Part shown: positions 22,760 to 35,564 of the stretch, in pieces
Position numbering within the stretch: the stretch's first letter is position 1
Layout: each line of letters begins with the position of its first letter
Origin: Spongospora subterranea f. sp. subterranea
Taxonomy: Eukaryota
Length of the DNA: 38,190 bases
Assembly: GCA_049724395.1 (NCBI GenBank)
Contig: JAUGWO010000093.1
Span: forward strand, 1 to 38,190
Direction of reading: 5' to 3'
Translations under genes and position numbers: made by a program
The notes under the pieces: model-generated
What the model saw: only the letters and a program-made list of their open reading frames with translations
Databases searched by the model: none
What the model was told of the DNA's origin: nothing

Positions 22760-25700
22760 TTGATCAACATCATTACCGATGGTATTAAATCCGATAATAT
22801 TGATTTTTGGTGCCGGATTGCTCTTTCAACCATTGAATGGGTCAAAACACGCCCTGATTGAGGCAATTGAAAACGGGTCGCTATTGTCTATTGATGTTGG
22901 CCAATACAATTCTAAATAGCAAATCGGATTATTTAGAGATGAAATCGCTGAGCCATTGGCCACGATATCTAACCCGAGTGTAATTCCTGGTCACATTTTG
23001 TTGTGTCGTGGCATTGGTCGGAATCAGTATTGGGAAAACGCATACGACAATTACAAGATCACTGTTCTTGATTTAGCACTACTCTACTGCCGGTAATATC
23101 GACCTGACATTGGATTAAATTTCCCCCTTGATGTTATCATAATAGTGAAAATGTCGCCACTATTTGAATTGACAGAGGGGCCGATCATATTCACACAGGA
23201 TGAATTCGGGAATACTCCATTGCACATCGCCGCTGGTCAGGGCCTGTAATACATTCCATATTATATGTCATTACCCCTTATCTTACACCTAAATAGAAAT
23301 AATCGGCCGTCATCCAGCTCTTGGAGAAAATAAAAATGACAAAACCACAAGCTCTTGACCTCCAAAACAATGCTGGTAAAACTCCACTCCATTTTGCAGT
23401 GGACTTCAATCGGTTGGTCGAATATAGTGTTAAAGGGGTGATATTGCTGTCAATATTTACTACTGATTATTCAGGAAAGTGGTGATCAAGACTCTGTTGG
23501 ATGGAGGAGCCAATCCCATTATCGTTGATTGGCGGGGCAATACAGCACTGCACCTGGCCATAGAACGAAACCTGTGGACTGTCTATAAGCATATGGAAAT
23601 TGCCACTCATCTGATTGAGATCTCACAGAAGTGAAGAGATCATTATTGTTATAATTAAGGCGGCGAGGGCACAAGGCAATCCATGTTTTGGGTCATAGTA
23701 AGATGACGGAATCTTCTTTGGATGTTCGACTAGAACAACGGATTCATGATGACCTGTATATTATATATCTGAAGGTTTCGAAAAAATCAGGATTGTCGCT
23801 GATATGATCTCATAGGGACCGAGATGCAATACGGTGGATTCAACTTCAGAAACTACTCGAACCTCAGGAACAACAATTGGGGGCGCACTGCTCTCTCAGA
23901 TGCAGTTGTATTATTGTCGGTTGGTCAATTTACTCTCTGGGTCTGGTTATCCGCCGCCTTCAATAATGAGTTTCAGTAAGGACATCTCTCGTATTCTGTT
24001 GCATCTCGATGCCGATCCTACAATAACAGATAATGGATGACAATACGGCACTGCACCTGGCGATACAACGAAACCTGTAGACTACTACAATCTGTGGAAA
24101 AACTACCACTTATCTGAGTGAGATCTCACAGAAGTCAAGAAATCATTTTTGATTTAATTAAAGCGGCGAGGGCAAACTCTGTCGATATTCTGGGCCATGA
24201 TGAGATGACGGATCCCTCTGGGAGTTCCAGTGGAACTCTGGTTCATGATGACCTGTATTTTCTTGAATAGGTTTGTTGAAATTATTGAAGTCTCTGAAGT
24301 TTTTAACAGGGACCGGAATGCCATCGGTGAAGCGACGTCAGATATAATCAATCTCAGGAACACAGATGGGCACACTGCTTTGTCACAGGCAGTGTGTTAT
24401 TGTCGGTTGGTCAATTTACTGTCTGGGTCTGGTAATCGCCTTCAATAATGAGGTTCAGTGAGGAGATGTCTCGAATTCTGTTGGATCTCGGTGCCGATCC
24501 CACAATAGCAGATAATCATGGCAATACAGCACTGCACCTGGCGATACAACAAAACCTGTAGACTGCTATAATATGTGGAAATTGCAACTCATCTGATTGA
24601 GATCTCACAGAAGTGAAGAGATGATTATTGATATAATTAAAGCGGCGAAGGCAAAGGCTGTCGATAGTCTGGGCCATAATGAGATGACGGATCCCTTTGG
24701 GTGTTCGAGTGGAGCAATGATTCATGATGGCCTGTATATTCTTAATAGGTGTGTTGAATCATTGAAGTCGTTGATCTACTTTAACAGGGACCGAAATGCC
24801 ATCGTTGAAGCGACGTCAGATATAATGAACCTCAGGAACAATGACGGGAAAACTCCTTTCTGCACAGCAGTTAAATTTGATCGGTTGGTCAAATTTTCAG
24901 TCCTGTTCTAATCACCAACATCAATGATGCGGTCTTTTTATCTCCAGTGGTATCATCGCCAACATTCTTTTTCTTAATGGTGCCGATCCCACTATATTGG
25001 ATGACTTTGGGGATTCACCATTGCACACTCATTTGCCAAATGACATGTATGTCGCACAAATCTCACAAAATCACATATTTACTATGTGCTGACAGGACTG
25101 ACGAAATGATCATTTTGATGATTGAAAATATTGATGTCAACCATGTCAACAGGCATGGATACACTTTTCTCAAGCTTGCAATTTTTTTCAAACGGTTTTT
25201 CGTAATCAATGTTGGATATCGGTCAGCGTCTCATTAAACTGATATTTTAGGGAAGTTTTGGTCAAACATCTGTTGAAGAGAGGCGCCACTCCTATAATTC
25301 CTGATCGTGATGGGGATTCAGCACTTCACCTGGCAATAGACGAAGGACTGTATTGAAAACAGTTCAAATTTTTGATTTAACAAAATAGCTTATGAATATT
25401 TCTACAGAAGTGAGCAGATCATCATGGATATAATCGAAGCGGCGAGGCCAAAACCAATCCACCTTGTGTTCCAGAATCCGATGACAACACGATTCTATAC
25501 ATGTTTTATTCAACAATTGCTTGATTGCCTGTATATTGCTCATATATCGGTCTGGCAACATTGAAGACCCTCATTTGGTTTTCTCAGAAACCAAGATGTC
25601 GTCTTTAAAATACTCGCTCTCTCATGCGACGCTATAATCAATTCGAGGAACCATCGTGGACTAACTGCTTTCTTTTTGACAGTTTTATTAAAGCGGTTGG

Positions 25701-27263
25701 TCAAATACTCTGTATTTGTCTGATCAGCGAGTTCATTACTAAGGTCTCGTATCCCCAGTGTTGATATCGCCCAAATTCTGTTGGAGAACGGTGCCGATCC
25801 CACAATATCGATGAATAATAGGGATACACCATTGCACACTCTTCTATTGACCCTGTGAGTTAAACTCATCTCAGCAAACACTGCACCAGTTTCAATGTTC
25901 TCACAGAACAGACGATGCTATTCTGTCAATGATACAAAATATTGATGTCAACCACCGGTACAATGATGGGTCCACTCTTTTCCATAATGCTATTAAGTGT
26001 CGTCGGTTGGTCAATTGATATCGTGTGGACACTGATCGGCCCCTCAATAACACTGATTGATTAGGGAAGTGGTGGTTATGGAATTTGTTGAATAGAGGCG
26101 CCAACCCCATTATTGCTGATGCTAATGGAAATACTGCACTGCACCTGGCGATAGAGCATTATCTGTACATACCTTTAACCTTGTTATATTGCCAAAAATC
26201 TGATGACAAATCTCATAGAAGTGGAGGGACCATCATATTGATACTTGAGGCGGCAACGCCAAGAACCGCCGATATTCTGGGTCAAAACGGGATGTCGGAT
26301 CCCTCAGTGTGTTCGAGTGGAGAGTTAGTCCATAATCGGCTGTATATTGTTGATAAACTTATTGAAGTCGCTGATATGATCTCACAGGAACCGAGATGTC
26401 AACCGTCAGGCCACGTCAGAAATAATCAATTTCAGAAACCAAAATTGGCAAACTGCTCTGTTTCTGGCTTTTACTGTTTCACGGTTGGTAGAAATTACAG
26501 TCTGGTTCTGATCACATCTTCAATAATGTGTATTTGTATCTCCAGTTTTTATATCGTCCAGATTCTTCTGGAGAGAGGTGCCGATCCCAATATAGCGGAT
26601 ATTAATGGGCACACACCATTGCACATCCATATTCCAACTGAATTGTATATCGCCGAAATATCCACCATACATTGAAATACCTAATGATGTACCAACAGGA
26701 CAGACGAAATCATCATATCAATGATTGAAAATATCGATGTCAACCACGTGGGCAATAATGGGGCAACACTTCTTCATAGGGCTATTGAGTGTCGTCGGTT
26801 GGTCCTAGTTCATATTTGACCCTGATCAGCCCTTCACTGAAACTGATGATATAGAGAAGTTGTGGTGAAGTATCTGTTGAAGAGAGGTGCCAATCCCCTT
26901 ATCCCCGATCTTAATGGAAATACAGCACTGCACCTGGCGATACATCATAACCTGTAGACTGTTATACTGTGTATATTGTCAAAATATCTGATTGACATCT
27001 CACAGAAGTAAGCAGATCTTAATTGAGGCGGCGCCGTTCCTCTTTGTGAAACAGGATGAGATGAAGGAACGGGACTCTGGGTGGATCCTTGATCCCTTTT
27101 GGCCTGTCAGTTGTCAACGCATATGTCCAAAACGTCAAAACCGCTGAATTGATATCTCAGGAAAAATTGTTGAATATTCGCTGTGGAGTGTCCAACAATA
27201 ATCAAACTCAAAAAAATCATAACGGTGAATGAAACTGCTCTCGATGTCGCAGCTAGAAAATAG
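22760..27263 (+). pseudogene. Multi-exon ankyrin-repeat gene with frame disruptions (boundaries approximate)
   Basis: Repeated exons encoding GNTPLHIAA, GKTPLHFAV, GANPIIADANGNTALHLAI, LLERGADPNIADINGHTPLH, final ETALDVAARK*; ~55-80-bp GT-AG introns; indels near 24035 and 27230. Confidence 0.8.
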
Positions 27264-27872
27264 TTTCTCCAACGCAGCAAAGAAGGTTGAACTAATGTAA
27301 AGCTAAATTGATAAATTAGTTGTGTTAAATCACAGCTCTTTATACTGCTACATTTCATACAGACCTCATGTGGTTTATGTCGAACCCCAGAGTACCGGGT
27401 TTCGCCACCAAACACCTGTTTGTTGACAATTTGTTGATACAAAAGGGAAACAGTGCAATTGTATATCAAACGAGGTGATATCACAAATGACAATATCTGG
27501 CACACGATTATATCGGATAATTGTTGAACGATCGAATCACCGCCATTCCGTTATTGTGATCATGATTCCCTAATTCCCAACGGTGCCTGTGATGAATGGC
27601 AAAAACGCTGGAAAATGTGGTGCTTCGAATCGAGATTGAGATGGTACAAGACAGAGGAGTTCGGTTTCGAATCAATATCATAGAACGTGCAGGTTGGATG
27701 ATATTGTTAACAACTACAGACCTGATCATATTTGTGTATAATGTATTGATGTTGTATGTAATCTGGCCCTATGTCTATCTCGTCGATGTTCTTTTTCCAA
27801 TGTAGCAACGATGCGGCGTTGGGCACACGGTTCATAATAATGAATTATCACAGCGTTGCTGCTCTTCTCGCC

Positions 27873-28005
27873 CTGGTCTAGTAGGTTCTTTCATTGGATA
27901 CCCAATCTACTTGTAGTGGACAGGCGGATGTAGGAAATAACATGGGAGTGCACAGGATTACCCGACCAATAACAACCAGCCAACCATTATAAACTATACC
28001 ATACC
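27873..28005 (+). mobile_element. Diverged 3' end of the same non-LTR family as 4230-4516
   Basis: CTGGTCTAGTAGGTTCTTTCATTGGATACCCAATCTACTTGTAGTGGACAGGCGGATGTAGG aligns to the reverse complement of ~4304-4366; ends TATACCATACC. Confidence 0.8.
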
Positions 28006-28174
28006 TGCTCATCTTGATCAATACTCCATCAGGTTTGTGCTCACACACAATCTTTGATATCTGGTGTTTCACCCTTGGACTAGGGGCGATTTCCAATGGA
28101 TTCAGTTAAATGCAGGATTCTTTGACCGCAACGCTTCGAGGTCGTCAGTTCGGCCTCAAGGAAGTGGTACTGAA

Positions 28175-28825
28175 TTAGGGAATGTCTAAATTGTTTGGTC
28201 CTCTGGTTGGTGTGTTGACATTATTTATCATGGAAAATTCCATTAGAATGGAGTCCAGGTATTCGTGGTGTTCTTCGTGATTTTTTCCAAATCGTTTATT
28301 ATCTTTTGTGTTCAGATCTCCTGTAATTATTGTTGGCATATTCTGTTGATCTACAAATTGTTCCATTTGTTTCCAGAATTTGGATCTCGCCTTATTGTTC
28401 ACCTCTGGTGGTATGAACGTATTTATCAACATTATTTCCTTATTCAATAGTAGTAATTGCGTGTTGATTCGCGATTTTTCAAATATGTTGAAAGTGGAGC
28501 AGTTAATCCCAATCTCTCCCTCCAGAATATTGCTGATTAAGTGAATGTATCGCTGCAGTGATAATTGGGGAACCCGGCTATCCTTCTTCTGTGGCCTAGC
28601 TCGGATATACATATAACGTCGATTTTGTGTTTGTTTGTGAACCGAGAAAGTTCATAAGACATAATCTCTGTTAACCGGGCGGCATTCCATTGTGCAATTC
28701 GATAGTCATGATTGGCGACTCAACGGGTCTCGTACGTTGTTCTGTGTTGAAGTAGTTGGTAATACGGCTTGCTATTTTCCTGGTCTCAGATCGTCACGAT
28801 ATGGGTTTTGTTGGTTGTTTTGTTT
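28175..28825 (-). pseudogene. LINE ORF2 apurinic-like endonuclease, N-terminal part (inverted segment)
   Basis: YRIAQWNAA...IDVICISE, NTFIPP, IITGDLN, PTRGPNNLDI; stop and frameshift present. Confidence 0.85.
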
Positions 28826-29270
28826 TTACGAATTGTGAACTGCGAAATACACACAGACTTAAGCAGTGATCATCTTCCTACTACAATCAAAACCAGAATT
28901 AGAGGAACAAAACGAATCACAAGTACCGATTCATAGAAAAAGAGTCAGAAAATTCGACAACAGATCAACAGCAAAGGCACTAGTGACAGTCATCGAAAAC
29001 CAATCCGATCATCGTATGGGACTGTCCAAATTCACTGCAATTGCTACAACAAAGCATAAAATACCGATACGTTAGATTAAACATGTGCAAGTTCTGGAAC
29101 AAACACCTGAAGGCGGCAGTTAAACTATGAAAACAATCCAGACGCAAATTGCACACAGAGATACGGTCCAAAACCAACGAAACACAAATTACAAACAGAA
29201 AAGAAGCACTAACAAATTCGCAATAGAATTTATGAAACAGTTATGTCAAAGCCAATGGAAATTTCAAAAC
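28826..29270 (+). pseudogene. LINE ORF2 continuation: endonuclease C-terminus and linker
   Basis: RIVNCEIHTDLSSDHLP followed by FWNKHLKAAVK...; several stops. Confidence 0.7.
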
Positions 29271-30109
29271 TGTACTTCCTTGGTGCTTAATTTGTAGGTC
29301 CTAATTCATCAATATCGAAAGTGATCAGAGTTCTCAGCAAGTTACTGTTTATTGGCTTGCCGGAACACATGGAGTTAACGATAGTGGATTTCCTTGAGAT
29401 TATGGCAATTCAAGACAGCGGCAATTGGAGTTTATTAGACCGAATATCTGCAACTAGTGCCACAGACAACCATTGTTTCGCCCATGTTTTGAGGGAACAT
29501 CGGTCCTTGTCGGGGTATCACGTGTTTGACGACCTGTTGAATAAAGGTCGAGCGGTTCTTGTGGAATCAGCTCCAGCCAACCGGCCAGTACTCGTGGCTC
29601 GTCAACTACAGTAGACAATACACCAATCGACCTAGAGGATCCAAATATGATAAATATGTCGGTAAATTAGATTATTGTTTGTTGTATGAGACCAGCCATA
29701 AGAATTGTCATGAACCTCATAAGAGGGCGGTGTTATGTAAAAATACCAAGTTAATTATTTGCACATCAGTAGGGCCCTTTCCCTCGTAATACTCTGATGA
29801 TAACGGGGTCGTCGGTCGCTTCGGAATCAGCCATCTCTGATCCTGGTGACTTTGTTAGTGCCGATCGCACAATGTTGTCTGACGAGAACATAACGGTGAG
29901 GATGAAATTACGGTCGTGGAGCCGTTTGATCGGCAAGTTTTGTTAAACAGATATATTTATGGAGTTTGTCGCTAAATCTCAAATTAACTCGTTAACCGGT
30001 CCGGTAATTTTTTGGGACCGGTTAACCATTGACCGACTTGTGCCGTCAAAAACCTGTTGGCGCCTACATCCTGAACTAAAGAGACAGGGAATATTGACGG
30101 ATAAACAGA

Positions 30110-30813
30110 ACAAGGTTATTGTTTACTCTGCGTCGTCGGATCACATTGTCAGTTGCTCTAAGCAATGGTTAATTGGGCTGTAATCATCATATCACAAATG
30201 ATGCAGAACTACTTAACGAACCCAAACCATGTTCGAGTAGGGTGTCGTTGTTAGATGACCATGTGCTGGAGTCTGGGAAGATCCAGTTATGTTGGGAGGA
30301 AAGCAAGCGGTGATGGCGGTAACAACGTTCCCTCCATGGAAAAGAATCTTCTGTTGGGATGAGCTGCAAAAGAGGTCTCTCGTTCTTCTTTGATCAAGAC
30401 AAATGTTATATTTACAAGTCTGTTTCAGCAATGCCATCAGGTCATGTTATCACAAAAGCTCACAAATGTCACGTATCAATGGATTGTATGTACTCCATTC
30501 CATGTAGTTGCTGCAAACCTCGATCGCATCCCGAAGCAGAAGTCAATTTCAATTTCGCACATCACCAAAATTCGACTTCAGAAATACTTTGGCACCACCG
30601 TCTAGGACACTACAATTTTCAATCTCTGTCGCTCATTATTGAGAATGAATTCATTGAATATTAGAAAGTCCCGGAATCCAAGTGGTCAGAAGAACAGATC
30701 CCGTTAGCAGATGTGAAGCAAGCATAACTGACACGTGGACCGTATCCTTCAAGAGTTCCAGACCGTCTGATCTGTAAAGCCACTCCAGTTAGTATATTCC
30801 GATGTGATGGGTA
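30110..30813 (+). pseudogene. Ty1/Copia pol relic (protease, GAG-pre-integrase, start of integrase)
   Basis: SASSDHI, GLSFFFDQDKCYI, NGLYVL, LWHHRLGH, LVYSDVMG in Copia order; frameshifted. Confidence 0.8.
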
Positions 30814-31154
30814 TCGTCGTGATACTTTTTGGCCATTGACACAATTGAACGTAAGCTGATGTTCACTAATCCTACCATTGCAAAAAATTTGCAGCAGCTG
30901 ATCCAGTTTTCAAATTGTTTCAGCGAGCGTTTCAATGCGAATCATTGCAATGGAAAACGCACGATAATATGAACTTTTCGAAACCCAATACGCTCTCAAG
31001 CGAAATAGTAAAAATACTAAACATATACTCCTATATCTATATATATATGAGATGAACAAGGGCCGACCAATATTTATCTTGCTTGAAGTCGACTCAGGAT
31101 GCCTTTTTCTAAACGCAGTTCGTTATAATTGGTAATAATAGGTAACAAGGCAGA

Positions 31155-34100
31155 CTACATACTGGTTTTGTTATCTTGACCTTTCCTAATACTGGCAATA
31201 ACTTCGTTCATGTTCCCGTCACCGATTTTTTGTCCCAATGCATGGCGTCGTCTAGATCGTCAAAGTAAACAAACAAGCAGACAAAAAATACTATATCGAT
31301 GGTACATCGGGATTGCGACGAATTCCCTTTGCTTCAATTCAGATGGTAATGATGCACTGAACTTTCTAGCGAAAGTAACCAGCATGGAGAAGAATACAGA
31401 GGAGGAATTGACATCATAATCGCTAGATGCGGAGAAGAACCGAAGCGTTCCCAAATAAGATTCCAGGACATTCGAACGAAATTCCGCCAAACTCTTTCAA
31501 ACTGTAAGCAGAAGGCTTAATTTTTGACCAGGCCCCGCACCTTGACTTCTTTTTCAGCGACCGAAAAAAAAATCGCTCATTCTGCTTTTGTACTTATCAG
31601 CAGATCCAATTTTCGTTACAAGCTCTGATTCACGAACGATATTTTTTAATTGCGCCTGTAGCGATGACACTTTCCCATCAAGCCTAAAAAAGCCATGAGG
31701 CGAAGAAGCAACGGCACATCGTAAAGAGAATACTCATTGAGGTTCGCGTTGGTGTGGGCAACGACAGCTGGTCCCAACTCTACGAGTAGGGATCGAATTG
31801 TAGGACGACCGGCGATGCAGACCTTTTGTCAATGAAGTGTAAACCAATATGCACAAAAATGTACTTGTCAAGACCAACTTGTGCAACATATTGCAACAAA
31901 GTCATGGAACCGTCAGCGTTTTTCGAGTTCTCCAACTTGACGAGGACATCAAGATTGAAACCATCAGCCTGACCACGTACCGAACCACCATTCATGTAGT
32001 TGCCGATTGACAGTACCACGGATAAAGCGTAATGCAGTCCATCAGAATTTACGACAGCAGAGCATGCCTAAACACAATCAACTGAGCCTACACGGTGAGG
32101 CCGGACTAAGAATGAAAGGAACCGAACCTCGTGTACTTGTTTTAGGGGGTTAGATATTGCGGCTATCGCATCCATGAGATTCAGGGAAAACATCCAGGAA
32201 CGAAGTCTTTGCGGTAAATGTGGAATCTCAGAAAGCTGTAGAAAAACTCACCAGAGACGTTGATAGATATTGGCAAAAAATACCATCAAAAAATATTTCT
32301 CCGGTTTTTCGAGCAGAGTAGCATCCGACACAGACGAAACTTCGTCAAGCTCTTCCTTCGTAGGAAGATGGCCTGAGAAAAGGCTAAGAGCGACATCAGC
32401 AATGACACTGTAAGATACCGAAAATTGCATCGATCTGATCGCTAGAAAGAATTTTTCGGTCCATCTGAATAATCGCTGTTCTTATAAAAGTGAACTCCGG
32501 TAGCTGGGAGATCATAATGGCAACTGCGTTTGATCTTTTTTCAGAAAGAACGCGGATTTTTGCAATCTGTAAGGTATTTGTGAAATATTTTAAAACGGAA
32601 CACACCAACAAAAACCTTGTTTAGCGCATTGGGCTTCTTTTCCATCGAGAGCTTCGGTTTGACGTTTTGCCCGAACTGGTCAGCGAAATCGTCAAAATCA
32701 AGAGTCCCTTTTACAGGAGGTTTCAAAGCATCCCAGATCGATTTCTCTCCCTTAGCATAAGGAAAGAATTAAGTAATCAAATCGCAAAGCACAGTATTAC
32801 CCATTAATACTTTAGCACCAGCGAGTATGATTCTTTTCCAATGAAGAGCTTTCATTTTATGCTTGGGTTTAATGACCGGCTTTGTTGGCTGTGGGCCCAA
32901 AGAACCTGAAGGCGCGGCAGGACAACCAGGTGCCTGCGGAGCAGCAGGACACCCTGGAGCTGGCGGTGCTAAAGGACAAGGTAGGGGCGGCGGAGCAACA
33001 GGGCAGGGCTGTTCAGGAAGAAAGATGCGATCTGGATGGACACATTACAAGTATTGTTTACGAAGATACAGAAAGATGACCTGAATCAGGCACAGTTTCG
33101 ATTGGAAGAACAGGCTTTAAAACTGGAAATGCCTCATTTATCGATTCGTTTGGACCTGATCCAGACACAGCAATTGGCCCCGCTCCGGCTTGTGAACCTA
33201 ATTCTGACATGATTAATTACAAAGTAACAGCATATTCGATTGATACCTGGCTGTGATAGCCTATCTCTAAGTTCGGCAACCTCGGCTAGCAACCGTCCTT
33301 CATTTTCCATGACTCTCGACATAAATTCGCTGCCTTTTTCGAACCACTGAAGTTCTTTTGCGAGCTCTTGCACGGGACGTATGGCGTCCAGAAACGCTGC
33401 ATGGTCCGCGCTGCGATGTAGCGGTGCTCGAGCGTTCATCAATAGTCCACGGTCAGAAGCTACTGTCACCTGACAAAGCATCATCATCAAACATAGACAA
33501 AATGAAAGACCGGCAGCTTACAACGGAACGATAACGAATCACCTCAGACCTGAGAATATTGATAAATGTTCGTTCCCCCTCTAAATCCGAAATATCCTTC
33601 GCACGCGTTTCATTTTCTACTTTCAACCTTTCGTTTTCTCTCTTGAGCTTGTCAAGCTGAAATATTGAAGGGGCGCAGACCTGTCCGCTCAATTCTTCGA
33701 ACTGCTCGACCAGTGTAATGTATTCGTCTGATGCAATTCGGTCCCGTGAAGCTTCAATTGTCTCAATAATTTCCACATTCATCAGGCGGATGACTAGTTT
33801 TTTCCGGATCATTTTATCCGGCGCCTTTCTTAGCAGAACACCAATTAAGGCCAGGCTATTGATTTGCGCGTCCAAATCACCAGACGAAAGAAGGCGCACA
33901 ATCTAGACAACAAAGTAAGCTTGAAGAGGAAAAATGGCAGAACAGCACACAAACCTGCGAATACGGCTTGACGCCTTTAACTTTCGCTGTACCTTTGGCA
34001 GCTTTGTGAATTAATTCGAAACCGTTATCGGTAACTTTGGCGATAACGAGAAGAAGACCTAGCGCCTCACGCGACGCTGCGATATTCTTGTTCTCATATG

Positions 34101-34688
34101 TCAAGTTCAGGAGAATTTCGATTAATTCTGGGCGACTTTTCATGTATTCCATCCCATTCATGTACCTAAAAAAAATGAGATTTTTCCCATCAGCCAGAAA
34201 AAATTGCAGGCATACATCAGTGCTTTGGATAGAGCTTTCAGCGCGTAGGACTGAGTATTACCGTCGAAAACTTCAATAATACCAAGCAATGGTGCCATTC
34301 CTCCTTGAACAATAAATTCTTCTCCAAAAACGTCGAACTTCAAGTCAAATTCTAACTGAAATACCGTCCGCTTAATTTGCGTCAACAATTCTTGGCCAGG
34401 ATGTGAGGCCAACGACGCGCTTTCTCGTAGCGTTGACAAATCGGAGATTATTCGAAGACACATTTTAGACAGATTGACAATACACAAGACTTGACCGTCT
34501 GGGGGTAATTGAGACACATCGTTGATAAAGGCTTTGTTACTTCCACGAAGGGCAAAAACCGCTTCGCCATCGTCAAGATCGAACTGGCCAGCCAAATGCG
34601 CCATCAAACTAGACAAGGATTTGTCTTTGTCGAAGGCAACCGCCACCGATTTGTCTCCATAGCAAAATTTTAAATTGGCATTCACCAT
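31155..34688 (-). CDS. Formin (FHOD-like GBD/FH3 - coiled coil - FH1 - FH2 - DAD-like), multi-exon
   Basis: EEFIVQGG...GNTQSYALKALSKALMYMNGM; Pro-rich FH1; MKALHWKRI; KRSNAVAIMIS; VLSIGNYMNGGSVRGQADGFNLDVLVKL...TLLQY; C-terminal MNEVIASIRKG; consistent short GT-AG introns. Confidence 0.92.
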
Positions 34689-35122
34689 GAGCGAAAGGCC
34701 AATATTAAGGATACCAGTCAAACCTAATTTGGGGTATGGCAATGACCTTAAACAGACTTATGGGCTATTGATGACGACCAGCTGCGTTCGCGGCTGTACG
34801 TGAAGTGATTGTGATGTCGCGTGACAAGTGGCGAACGGACATTTTGTTTGGATAGAAAGAAGCTGGTGGCCACGCGCAGTAGTGTTAAAACGAGCCGGGA
34901 AAGTCGATCTACAGCATTCAAGAAAAACAAATAATTGTTAAAAAGGCTTTTGCCATAGTCAACGATGTTGAAGCGACCGCCCGAACTTATGAGATTCAAC
35001 CGCGACAAAATCACAAATGCGCAACACATTCGGATGATGACACAGTTTTTGGTACGGTAGCGCATCTTCTCATAGTACAGGTGTATCTAACTGAGTGTAT
35101 GTGTTACTCATCACTCATGCGA

Positions 35123-35465
35123 TTGCCAGAAATCCTCTCCTTTCTGGTCTTTTCCCTTGATAGGATCCTCTGATATGGCGATCCAACGCCTGACGAGCAC
35201 GATGCACTCATTTGGTGCCCAATTCTTGCCTCGAGATGCCTTCAAACGAGGCGTCGTTGCGTTGACAGACATCTCTATTTGCTTTTGAAAAAAAGGGTAT
35301 GAAAAATAGGTCGTGACCCAAATCGGTCACAAAAGGGTAAGCTGGCCGTCACAATCCCAAATTTTATGGGTTTGGGTATTCGCGGTGGCCGTCGTATTTT
35401 TACCCTTTTTGTGCATACGGTCACTGGCAAATTATAGGTTTGGGTCTGAGCGGTGGAGATGCTCT
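35123..35465 (-). mobile_element. Truncated Harbinger left end (TIR plus start of accessory gene), inverted relative to the adjacent copy
   Basis: Minus strand begins AGAGCATCTCCACC; 35123-35353 is a near-identical inverted copy of 35485-35714. Confidence 0.75.
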
Positions 35466-35564
35466 TTTGTCAAACACGCCGTCTGTGACGGCCAGCTTAC
35501 CCTTTTGTGACCGATTTGGGTCACGACCTATTTTTCATACCCTTTTTTTCAAAAGCAAATAGAG

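Noticed and set aside
24640..24790. GC-AG intron in the ankyrin module
   Set aside because: The frame reads through to a normal GT donor with matching phase
27370..27870. Copia RNase H C-terminal relic (SNP...TKH)
   Set aside because: Similarity too weak to support by eye
29321..29614. 97-aa ORF as a gene
   Set aside because: No recognisable motif or splice context
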